Shown here: piece by piece, positions 1-10,096 of the stretch
Layout: every line of letters starts with the position of its first letter
How positions within the stretch are numbered: position 1 is the stretch's first letter
DNA from: Sphyrna mokarran
Lineage: Eukaryota
Length of the DNA stretch: 64,000 nt
Assembly (NCBI GenBank): GCA_024679065.1
Contig: JAGIQG010000004.1
Coordinates: 55,304,001 to 55,368,000, forward strand
Reading direction: 5' to 3'
Made by a program: the position numbers and the translations under genes
Notes under the pieces: model-generated
Told to the model about the DNA's origin: nothing
Seen by the model: only the letters and a program-made list of their open reading frames with translations
Databases searched by the model: none

Positions 1-910
1 AGTCAGATAATTTAACAAAAGTGGAGAAAGTGGATAATGGTAAGATAGAGTTTGGTATCAACAGGATATATATGAACATTGATACTATTTTGGGATGAAG
101 TTGCCTAGTGGTCACGTAGATGAGAAATAAGAAGTCAAAGAAAGATCGTTGGAGGACACCAGACTACCAGTATGGGAGCAGGAAAAGACTCCTTTGCAAA
201 TGAATTCTGGCGATGATTAGATTAATAAGAATGGAACCAGGTGAAAGCAACCCCCACCCTTGAAGACATTGAAGAAGTACTGGAGGAGGATATTGTGATC
301 AACCGAGAACGGGGAAAATTTCCTTTTGTCACAGTCGTATGGGATGTCAGTTGTGACTTTGATAAGACCTGGTTGAGGTAGGAGATCTTGTGATTTAGAG
401 GGTCTGCATTTCTGCCACTGAGGGAGAAGCTCCAGATTTGGATGCCAGCCAGTACTTGATGGCCAAGGAAGGTGTGTTCATAACATGGCCAAACAGATTG
501 AGACAACTTGCTAATCCTTCTAACATGCCAGTGACAGGTTATAAAAGCAGGAAAGATTCCTAGTTGGCCTTGCTTGATGCAGAGAAGCACCACTGAAGCT
601 ATAAGCAAACTGTTCTAGGAAAACCATTTGTATGGGAACAGATAAAACTCTGCGTTACGCATCATTACATGAGAAAAAACAACTGCTACAGATCTAAATA
701 AAAAAAAACTAGGTTGGAAGGATTCAAACATGGAGTACCAGGAAACATGACAACACTTGGAAATGAATAGGAATTTGCAAGAATGGCAGTGTCAAGTATT
801 ACAATTTTTTAAGGAGAAGATTGATTTGAAGGAGAGAGTTTGAAGAGAGAGATCCATTTATAATACTAGAAAGGGAAGTTGAATAAGAGGGAATAGTGAT
901 CTGGTTAATT
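1..910 (-). mobile_element. Decayed L2-clade LINE ORF2 (RT) fragment, interrupted at about 375-700
   Basis: Minus strand shows frameshifted RT-like motifs: LIKVTTDI (~345-370), DHNILLQ, AFTWFHSY, degenerate GVPQGS and YADDTQLY equivalents, and LLKK..LD..ILAN (~770-815). Confidence 0.6.
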
Positions 911-1274
911 GACCCAAACAACATTTAAAAAATTAAATCCATAGCAATTTCGAAGAATTCCAAGCATAGAAATCAAAGGGAATGTCTTACCTGTGTACCA
1001 CTGACATTGCTGTAGTTGGAGGAAGACACAGGTGCCTGCAAAATTTGCCAGGGTGCATAACAGTTTGGGGGAAAATTAGGAGTCTGTAAGTAGAAACCAA
1101 AAATATCAGTTAAAAATATTTCCTCCTTTTAGAAATTTGACTTGTTTCAGAAGAACCAGAGACAGAGACAAAATTGTAAAACGGACGAACTTCAAATATG
1201 AAGGAACAGTTTAAGTGAATCAATTTGTGGGTGGAAGAGAAGGAATTGTTTAATAAGTTTTCACTTGAGGGAAG

Positions 1275-2133
1275 ATTTCATATCTTCAAAAGTAAAAGCT
1301 CATGGTATAGGAGGGAACAGACTAACATGGATAGAAAATTGGCTAGTTGGCAGAAAACGGAAAGAATGCATAAATGGGTCTATTTCTGATTGGCAGGATA
1401 TCACAAATAGAGTCCTGCAGGAGTCTGTGCTGAGGACTCAACTTTTTTCAATTTATAGCAATGACTTAGATGAAGGGAGAAAAGACACAGTAACATTTGC
1501 TGATAACTCAACGATAGATAGGAAATTATGTTGTGAAGAGGACATAAGGAGGTTAGATATGGGCAAAATCGGTAAAAATCTGGCAGATGGAGGCTCATGT
1601 GCGAAAATGTGAACTTGTTCACTTTGGCAGGAAGAATAAAAATTTATTATTATGTTATTCTGTTATTCAAACAGAAAACAGACGCAGAATCCCAAAATGC
1701 AGAGAGTACTAGGCATTCTTGTGCTTGAATCACCAAAGCTTAGTATTCAGCTACAGCAAATAATTAAGAAGGCTAATGGAAAACATAAAGGTAAGGACAT
1801 TATTCTGTAGTTATACAGGGCATTGGTGAAACCACATCTTGAGCTGTGTGCCATTTTGGTCTCCTTACTTAAGGGAGGATGTAAATGCATTGGAGGCACT
1901 TCAGAGGCGTTTACTAGATTGATACTAGGAATGGTCGGGTAGCCTTATGAAGAAAGGTTAGACAGACTGGGCTTGTTTCTACTCAAGTTTAGAAAAGTGA
2001 GAGGTGATTTGATTGAAGTATATAAGATCTTGAATGGTCTTGACAAGGTGAATATGATCAGCTGCGATCTTATTGAATGATGGAGCAGGCTCTAGGGACA
2101 GAATGGCCAACTTCAGCTTCTATGTTGTATGTT
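1275..2133 (+). mobile_element. Decayed 5'-truncated CR1 LINE (RT C-terminal half plus 3' tail)
   Basis: KVKAHGIGG..WIENWL..RK, FSIY.NDLDEG, FAD motifs; typical tail GATCTTATTGAATG..GGAGCAGGCT..GAATGGCC..CTATGTT. Confidence 0.85.
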
Positions 2134-2409
2134 TAATGTTTGTACCACTTTAGCATATCAGGAATTCCCATGTGTAAGGACTGGTGGAGTATTGGTGACA
2201 GGCAGATTTGCTGGTGCTCCAGTCTGTTAAGTCAGCCGATCTTGAGGATTCAGGCCACGGTGGCAGAAAAGAACCAATTTGTTGTGGAAAGAAATATTTA
2301 GGGTTTTTATCCCAAAGATAATACAATGTCTCAAGGTAGAGGAATCTCAGGACCCTGCAGTTTTTGGTGAATTGTTTAGCCTCCCAGTATAACAGATTCC
2401 CTCAATATA

Positions 2410-2705
2410 TATTGCCAGGCACCTGGGTTCAATTTCAAGCTGGCTGAGTGTGTGGATTTTTGCGCATTCTCCCTATGTCTATGTACTTGTGGGTGCTCTG
2501 GTTTTCTCCCACAGTAAATTATATGCAGGAAAAGTAGAACGACCATGCTAAATTGTCCCTTAGTATTCCAAGATGTGTCAGTTAGGGGGATTAGTGTGGT
2601 AAATATGTATAGTTATGGGGGTGGGATGCTCTGTCAGAGAGTTGGTACAGACTCAATGGGCTGAATGGTCTTCTTCTGCACTGTAGGGATTCTACGATTC
2701 TATGA
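2410..2705 (+). mobile_element. HE1-type V-SINE
   Basis: B-box-like GGTTCAATT, V-domain (..GGTTTTCTCCCACAG..CCATGCTAAATTG..), CR1-type tail GGGCTGAATGG..CTGCACTGTAGGGATTCTA. Confidence 0.8.
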
Positions 2706-3199
2706 CATCAAGGGCGGAACTGTCACCTACCATTTGAATGCAAATCAGAGAATCATCATCTAACCCAGGATCAGGAGTAGAGGTGCCCAGTGGACTCAGT
2801 TTTGGCGTAAATACCAGAATCACTGGGAATAAGTGTAGCCACAGATATGAAACATTACAAATTGAAATTAAAACATTAAGAGCACAGATAAAGAAGGAGG
2901 TGACTACGTCAAAAGATGAAAAACAGCTGAACTGTGAACAGGTACCAGATAACTCATATATCATGCTAGCCAATCTCCTGTGGCATTGCTCTTAGTGAGA
3001 GAGAACATTACACCCATGATTTCCCCATAAGTCTCCCATCTGGGCTTGGACATCGTGGATGGGGCAACTGGAAAATTTAGGCACATCGCACGAGAAATCA
3101 GAGGACACACCACCGCAGGGTGAATCTCACATGTCATCTAATCTTGCATTAGAGAGTAGCATGAGTGGTCAATTCATTGGATCCTTGGTATAATAACAC

Positions 3200-3380
3200 A
3201 GCAACAGCCTTAATTTACATCATACATTTAATATAGAAAATATCCCACTTTGCAAGAGTGTTATTACCAGGCAAAAATCAGGGAAGACAATCAAAATTTT
3301 GGTTAAAAAGATGGATTTTAAAAGAACAGAAAGAGGCAGAGTGGGAATTCAAGATTTGGAGGCTTAGATGGCAGAAGATT
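3200..3380 (-). mobile_element. L2 LINE 3'-end relic
   Basis: Resembles the reverse complement of the L2 3' end; heavily decayed. Confidence 0.4.
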
Positions 3381-3564
3381 AGACCGGGTAGTTGCAACAC
3401 AGACAATCAAGATGGGCTGAATGGCCTCCTATGCTGTTACTTTCTGTGATTTCTATGAGGTCATGACTGCCAGTGGTGGAGGGAAGATGGTGGAGCTAGA
3501 TTTGTTTTTGAAGAGTGTTGATGCTGATAGAACTCATTAATGAAATGTGGGATAGTGATTATTT

Positions 3565-3899
3565 TTAAAATTCATTTACAGGATGTGGGTATCACTAGCT
3601 GGAACATAAGTTAATGTCCATCCTTTCAGAGGGCATTTGAGAGGCAACTACATTGTTGTGGATGTGAAGTCTCATGGAAGCCAGCCTTTTTTCCATTTCC
3701 TAAAGAACATTAGTGAACTAGGTGGGTTTTTATGACAATTAGACAATTATTTCACAGTCATCATTCAACTTATAATTCCAGATGTTTTTATTGAATTCTA
3801 ATTTCACCATCTGCTGTGCTCGGATACAAACTAGGTCATTCGATCTTGTGGGTCTCGGTATTACTAGTCTAGTGATAATACCACTGTGCTATCACCTCC
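3565..3899 (-). mobile_element. tRNA-headed SINE (same family as the split SINE at 5404-8217)
   Basis: Reverse complement shares the head (..GTGGTATTATCACTAGACTAGTAAT..), the body (GGTGAAATTAGAATTCAAT..TCTGGAAT, TTCACTAATGTTCTTTAGG) and the tail (..ACCCACATCC) with 5404-8217. Confidence 0.7.
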
Positions 3900-4607
3900 G
3901 CTATTAATGTAATAGGCTAACAAGTAGATAAAGGGTATCATGATAGTTAACATAAGAGCTATGATAAAGAAGATAGTATTGATGCCACAGATGTGCATTG
4001 GATACAGAACCATAGAAAGAGGTCATTCAGTTTATCGTGTCTGCACTGGCCGAAAAAGGAAAATACAAAATAATTAACTGCCCATTTGAATCCCACATTC
4101 CAGTACCCGATCTGTAGTCTTGCAGGTTACTACACTTCAGATGAAGATCGAGAAACGTTTTAAATGAGGAGAAGTTGCTGCCTCCAACCCAATCCAGGCA
4201 GCAAATCCCAAACACGCTGGTGAAGAAATGATTTCTCGTGTCGTCTCTAATCGTTCTACCAATCGCTTTAAATTTGTGCCCCCCCCCACTCCCCAGTAAT
4301 TGACCTCTCCAAAAAGGAAAAAATAATTCAGTAAAATGGTTAGAACATCAGGTGAGAAATAAGAAGTGGAAACAGCTTATCAATACAGAAGTTCGTTTTA
4401 TTATGGGTTTGCACTCTGAGAGATAGAGCCTAGCATATGGTTTAGACGGAGTTGACATTGGCCAAAATCAAGCAGTTGTGATGTCAGTTTGAGGGAACTT
4501 AAGATACATCTAAGGGTTTGTATAAATATTTGTAGTGGTACAACATAGTTTTATCTTTTACTGATGAAATGCCCTCTATGTCACGGTGAAAATGATCTGT
4601 TGCGAAA

Positions 4608-4621
4608 TTGCCATCTACTGG
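4608..4621 (-). promoter_or_regulatory. Candidate CTCF core motif
   Basis: Reverse complement CCAGTAGATGGCAA matches the CCASYAGRKGGCR consensus. Confidence 0.45.
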
Positions 4622-5536
4622 TCTAGTAGCAAATGACACATAGCATGACAACAATCTGATAAATTTTCAATGTTTAGCATGTCAAATACATTGTAAACCT
4701 TAATTCTAAATGTATCTTTGTATTTTGTGGTCTTTAGTATATCTTAATTGCTCCTTGAATTTTGATTTTTTTCTTGTGTTTTACAGCTAAGGATTTCATT
4801 ACTACATTGTGGCCTGATTCAATTTCAATAACTGGCTAGGTCTTTATTTATTGTACATAATTTCTAAATCTTTAGTTCACTATAATACAATCTATTTGCT
4901 TCCATGTATGTGGTCTTCTTTTAAGTTGCTGAAAAAGAGTTTCCACTATTACTAAATGGTTTGTTCAAGAAAATTCAAACAATTTAACTCACCTTGGATT
5001 GTATCTAAATCAAGTTATCTTGTGACGGGGTAATCTTTCTCTTGCCCCACTTTTACATTCCTATCACCAATGATAATTGTCACTTCATTTAACCTGGTGT
5101 ATTTCAGAATTCAATTGATGTAAGGATAGAACTTTTTTAAGTCTTTATCACAATGATCTTGCATTAGAGTGGTGACCTGGCACACACTGAGATTGAAATG
5201 CTTTCCATATTACACCATCATCAAGATTTGGTCAGAAGCAGGCCAGCCAATCACTGAGTCAGCAATCTGCTTTTGCAGCAAGACTCCATCATTGTACTTA
5301 TGTTTCCTCACTTCTTTTAATAACTATTGCATGTTCTTCCCCTACTACCATTCCATTTCCATTTCTGACCCATCTGTCTCACTCATGCCAAAAATATCAA
5401 TTAGGGAAGGCAGTGGCAGAGGGATAATATCACTAGACTGGCAACCCAGAGACCCAGGAAAAGGGTCTTGGGCCTGGGTTCAAATCCCATTACAGCAGTT
5501 GGTGGAATTTAAATTCAGTTAATAGACATCTGGAAA

Positions 5537-6707
5537 TAGAACATAGAACATAGAACATAGAACAATACAGCACAGAACAGGCCCTTCGGCCTTCGATGTT
5601 GTGCCGACCAAAATAAAAAGCAATGCCCCTCCTAACTAAACCATTCCCTTCTCATCCATATACTTATCAACTAACCTCTTAAACGCCACCAAACTTGGCG
5701 CATCTACAACAGCTGCAGGCAGGGCATTCCACTCCCTAATCACTCTTTGAGTAAAGAACCTACCTCTGATATCCGTCCTATAACTCATACCCCTTAATTT
5801 AAAGCTGTGTCCCCTCGTGCTAGCTTTCTCCATCCTAGGAAAAAGGCTATCACTGTCCACCCTATCTAAACCTCTAATCATCTTATATGCTTCAATAAGA
5901 TCCCCTCTTAGCCGCCTCCTTTCTAACGAAAACAACCTCAAATCCTTCAACCTCTCTTCATAGGACCTGCCCTCCATACCAGGCAACATCCTGGTAAACC
6001 TCCTCTGTACCCTCTCCAATGCCTCCACATCTTTCTTATAATGTGGGGACCAGAACTGCACACAATACTCCAAGTGCGGCCGCACTAGAGTTTTGTACAG
6101 TTGCAACATGATGCTGCGGCTCCTAAATTCAATCCCCCTACCAATAAAAGCTAAGACTCCATATGCCTTCTTAACAACTTTATCCACTTGACTGCCTACT
6201 TTCAGGGATCTATTGACACATACACCAAGATCCTTCTGTTCCTCAACACTATTAAGAGCCCTACCATTAGCCCTATACTCTACACATTTATTGTTCCTGC
6301 CAAAGTGCATTACCTCACACTTTTCCACATTAAACTCCATTTGCCACCTCTCGGCCCAGCTCTGCAACTTGTCCAAGTCACTCTGTAAACTAAAACACCC
6401 CTCTTCACTATCTACCACACCACCAACTTTAGTATCATCTGCAAATTTACTGATCCATCCCTCAATACCCTCATCCAGATCATTTATAAAAATTACAAAC
6501 AGCAGGGGCCCCAAAACAGACCCCTGAGGCACACCACTCGTCACCGAACTCCACGATGAATATCTCCCATCAACCACCACCCTCTGTCTTCTATCTGCCA
6601 GCCAATTTCTAATCCAATTAGCTAAATCACCCTCTATTCCACACATCTGCATTTTCTGTAGAAGTCTTCCATGGGCCACCTTATCAAAAGCCTTACTAAA
6701 GTCCATA
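5537..6707 (-). mobile_element. Young 5'-truncated CR1 LINE with open RT C-terminal frame (ORF 5636-6707) and (ATGTTCT)n tail
   Basis: [55 protein letters not shown] all in one uninterrupted frame; heptamer tail at 5537-5563. Confidence 0.95.
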
Positions 6708-6754
6708 GTAAAATAAATAAAAGTTACCACAAAACCTTGTCAATTGTCGTAAAA

Positions 6755-7776
6755 GTTTTGGATGTAATTTTCAGCAGAGGCCTGTAGCAGGAGTCGCTAC
6801 CAGTGTCCAACCAATCGTGATTTTCCCAGGTCTTTTTTTCTAAGAGTAATCAGCCTCATGCCAGAAATAAGCTTACAAATGGAAATCATCATTTCCACAT
6901 CATTAGCAAGCGCAGACGATACCATCCAGGAGAGGATCCATCAGCGGGGATTAAAGATAGTCACCATCAATAGGTACCACACATGATGGCTTTGGTGGTG
7001 GGGACAGAGGCCTTTGAGCCCTCCCTGCTGTCACCAGGAAATCAGGGGTATGGAGGGGCTGCCCTTTGGACAACATCAGCCTGACACCCTAGCACTGCCC
7101 ATTGGGCATGATATAGAGATGCTGGCATTTGACTGGGATAAACACAGTAAGAAGTCTGACAATATCAGGTTTAAGTCCAATCGATTCATTTGATAGTAAG
7201 CTCACAAGCTTTCGAGGTTACCCTCTTTGAAGAGGGTAACCTCGAAAGCTTCTGAGTTTACTATCAAGTAAATCATTTGGACTTAAACCTGGTGTTGTCA
7301 GACTTTTTATTGCCCATTGGGCACAGGGAAATGCCAAGGGGCAGGGTTTATGGGATGGGGACGTTGGTCAGGCAGGGGAACCCGCTGCGCACTCTGCATT
7401 AGAGATCAGTGGGCTTATCAGGGCTATAGGGGAAGAAAGGGTCAAGGAGATCGGCAATCGGGTGTGGTGGGGGGGTTGGAAGCTGCTGTTTGAGGGTTGG
7501 GGGAGCGGGTACAGAAGTAATTGGGGGCCAGCGATCAAGAGGCCAGTGATGAGGGAGACCAGTGCGCATGTGCCAATGTTCCCATTGATAGATTGGCGCA
7601 TGCACAGAGACCCACTCAGCGTGCTGATGCCAGCCTCTTAGGCTAGATTAAGCCCTATCCCCTCCTTACCGACGTGCATCCCCTGTGATGCACAGAGTGT
7701 CACAAATACATCCCACTCAGTATATCCAATAAATGGGCAGGAACATCTCCTCTAATATCCTTAGATTTTTGGGGGG
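6755..7776. mobile_element. GC-rich interspersed element inserted in the SINE, probably a non-autonomous DNA-transposon relic
   Basis: Interrupts a collinear SINE, is distinctly GC-richer than its flanks and has no convincing ORF; family not determined. Confidence 0.4.
7109..7312. mobile_element. Penelope-like palindromic mini-element with 13-bp flanking duplication
   Basis: Inverted arms 7145-7227 and 7230-7312 with a 2-nt centre; TGCCCATTGGGCA repeated at 7096-7108 and 7311-7323; TGAAGA..CGAAAGCT motif. Confidence 0.75.
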
Positions 7777-7846
7777 AAAACCACTCCTAATATTCTTTAA
7801 GGGAGGACATTGCCATCCTTTCTGGACTGGCCTATATGTGATAGCA

Positions 7847-8160
7847 GGGTAGCATGGTAACCCAGTGGCTAGCGCCAGGGATCCAGGTTCAATTCTAGTC
7901 TTTGGTCACTGGCTGTGCAGATTCTGCATGTTCTCCCTGTATCTGCGTGGGTTTCCTTCAGGTGCTCCAGTTTCCTCTCACAATCCAAAGATATGTGGGT
8001 TAGGTAAATCAGCCATGCTAAATTGACCCTTAGTATCATGGAGATTAGCGAGGTCAATAAATGGGGTTACAGGGATAGGGCCTAGTTGGGATTGTTGTTA
8101 GTGCAGGGTCAATGGACAAATGGCCTCTTTCGGAGCTGTAGGGATTATATGATTTTATGA
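7847..8160 (+). mobile_element. HE1-type V-SINE
   Basis: tRNA-like head, V-domain GCGTGGGTTTCCTTCAGGTGCTCCAGTTTCCTCTCACAATCCAAAGAT, CR1-type tail. Confidence 0.85.
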
Positions 8161-8249
8161 CTCCAGACCCACAGCAGTGCAGTTAACTCTGAAATGGCCC
8201 AGCAAGCCACTCAATTGATTAAATATTGACAGACCAATGTGGACAAATT

Positions 8250-8675
8250 TGTGTACCATTACAGAAGATACTAAATGTGACACTAGAATTATCAGAAGAA
8301 TTGAAATAGTAAGAGGTGCTTTCAGCATAATGAATTCAACTTTAACAATAAAAGAATTTAACTATATGCAAGAAAACGTGTCTTAATGCTGTTTGTCAAT
8401 ACTTCTAGATGGCTTTGGAACTTGGACTGCAGGTAACCATATGATCAGAAGACTTGATTGAAACCTGTGAAATGTGGACAGATAGAGCAATGCTTATAAT
8501 ACCTTGGAAAGAGGGAGTAAATCATGAGAATTCCGTAGGGAGAATGAAATCCAGAAGAGGCATGATAGACATCACTTAGAGCAAAAGTGTTGTCATTTTG
8601 GTCATCTGATAATGGGAAGCATGGAACATTGCTTGAAGTCTACATCAATGGTGAAAGGAGTTGAGGGAGACCAAG
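8250..8675 (+). mobile_element. Decayed RTE-clade LINE ORF2 C-terminal fragment
   Basis: Degenerate LL.G..TWT, CEMW..RAML.IPW, HFGHL and G.R..GRP motifs, typical of RTE C-termini. Confidence 0.6.
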
Positions 8676-8732
8676 GCTGGAATTTTCCAGTCTTGCGGGT
8701 CCCATTACTGCTGTCAGCAAGAATGAAGAATT

Positions 8733-10096
8733 CATGGAAAAATCTGGTTCTGCGCTGTGAATTCTATATCAGACAGAAACAGGCTTGATTGTGGTGTCCC
8801 TTTGATAACAATTATGGCCTAAGATTAGCTGTAAAAAAAAATGTTCACTTGGACAAAGTGCCAACTGAATCGTAACCCAGTTTGGGGATTGCTGTCTTCA
8901 GCCAAATCTCTTCACTGCAGTGGGACTAGAAAGTCCTTGCTGCAGCGAGAGAATTCTGGCCCACGAGTTTCTTGGAAAAGGAAAATCAAGGAATGGGCAA
9001 GCAGGAGCTGTCATGAGGCAGTGAAAAAAGTTTAGTGTATGTAAAAGCAACTGATGAAATATTGAAATCCAGTTCAAAAGATAAAAATCCAAGAGATGGC
9101 TGCTGGAAGAATTGAACCTGGGCCTCTGACACTGTGAAGCCATGTACCACCATTCCATCCAAAGAAAAAGTTATGGATTAATAGACGTTCCATTCCACCA
9201 CTGAATGTATTCTCTAAGTCACCAAAAAATGAGAAATTTGTAGAAGAACAAACCTGCAAGGATATTAGAGAACTGCAAAAGCTACACAGTAGTGAAAATG
9301 GGAAACTTTAATTATTCTAATATTAATTGAAACAGTAATTATCTGACTGAAGGCATAAATTTGCAATGAGTCACTGAGGCAGCTGGTGCTGGAATGAGGA
9401 CTTTTGAAAAGATCAAAAATCTTCTAATTTGTCCTGAAATATCAGCACATTGTGACCCAAATCTGCTTACTACAGTAGAAGCAAATGCTTTGTCGACAGG
9501 ATTTCAATATTTCATCAGTTGCTTCTCCATACACTAAGCTTTTTTCATTGCCTCATGATAGCTCCTGCTTGCCCATTTCTTGATTTTACTTTTCCAAGAA
9601 CTCATGGACCAGAATTCTCTGCGCTCGCTGCAGCAGGGACTTTCTAATCCCACTGCAGTGAATGGAAATTTGGCTGAAGGCAGCAATCCCAAACTGGGTT
9701 ATTATTCAGTTGGCAGTTTTATTCCAAATACAAAAAAATGCTTAATGTAGACCAGTTTTACACTTCGACAGGAATAAAGGTATGCTGCAATTAGGAGGGA
9801 AACATTGGCAGCAACGTGGGCCTGCGAGAAGTAGTCAGACTGCATTCTGAGGTTTAAAATTGAAACTGATAGGGTTAGGTAAATTGGGAAGAGATTTGAG
9901 TGGAGCACAAACACCAGTTGCATGGAAAGATCTGGTTCTATGCTGTCAATTCTATATGAGGCAGAAATAGGCTTTGTTGTGATGTCCCTTTGCTCTGAAA
10001 AACCTGATAATACTCATGGCCTAAGATTAGCTGTAAAAAAAAATGGTCACTTGGACAAAGTGTCAACTGAATCATAACCCAGTTTGGGGATTGCTG
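8733..10096. repeat. Three copies of one segment: 8733-9070 (+), inverted copy 9499-9727, direct partial copy 9921-10096
   Basis: Aligned by eye: 9499-9727 is the reverse complement of ~8849-9070, and 9921-10096 repeats 8733-8895. Confidence 0.85.
9250..9870 (+). mobile_element. Gypsy LTR-retrotransposon RT-connection/RNase H relic, split by the inverted segment
   Basis: FEKIKNLLICPEISAHCDPNLLTTVEANALSTG before the break; RYAAI..ETLAATWACEK..FKIETD after it. Confidence 0.75.

Larger units (their letters stand above)
5404..8217 (+). mobile_element. tRNA-headed SINE split into four pieces (5404-5537, 6708-6754, 7777-7841, 8158-8217) by nested insertions
   Basis: The pieces are collinear with the copy at 3565-3899: head with GGTTCAAATCC, then ATTGTCGTAAAA, then CTAATATTCTTTAAGGGAGG..CCTATATGTGA, then CTCCAGACCCACAGC..CAAGCCACTCA. 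Confidence 0.7.

Noticed and set aside
5537-5563. Short tandem (TAGAACA)n as a CRISPR array or satellite
   Set aside because: It is the microsatellite tail of the CR1 element and has no spacers.
5636-6730. 364-aa RT ORF near hairpins, considered as a host gene, retron or DGR-like system
   Set aside because: It is a standard 5'-truncated CR1 ORF2 with a CR1 tail; the first ~8 residues come from flanking DNA and the nearby hairpin is an independent insertion.
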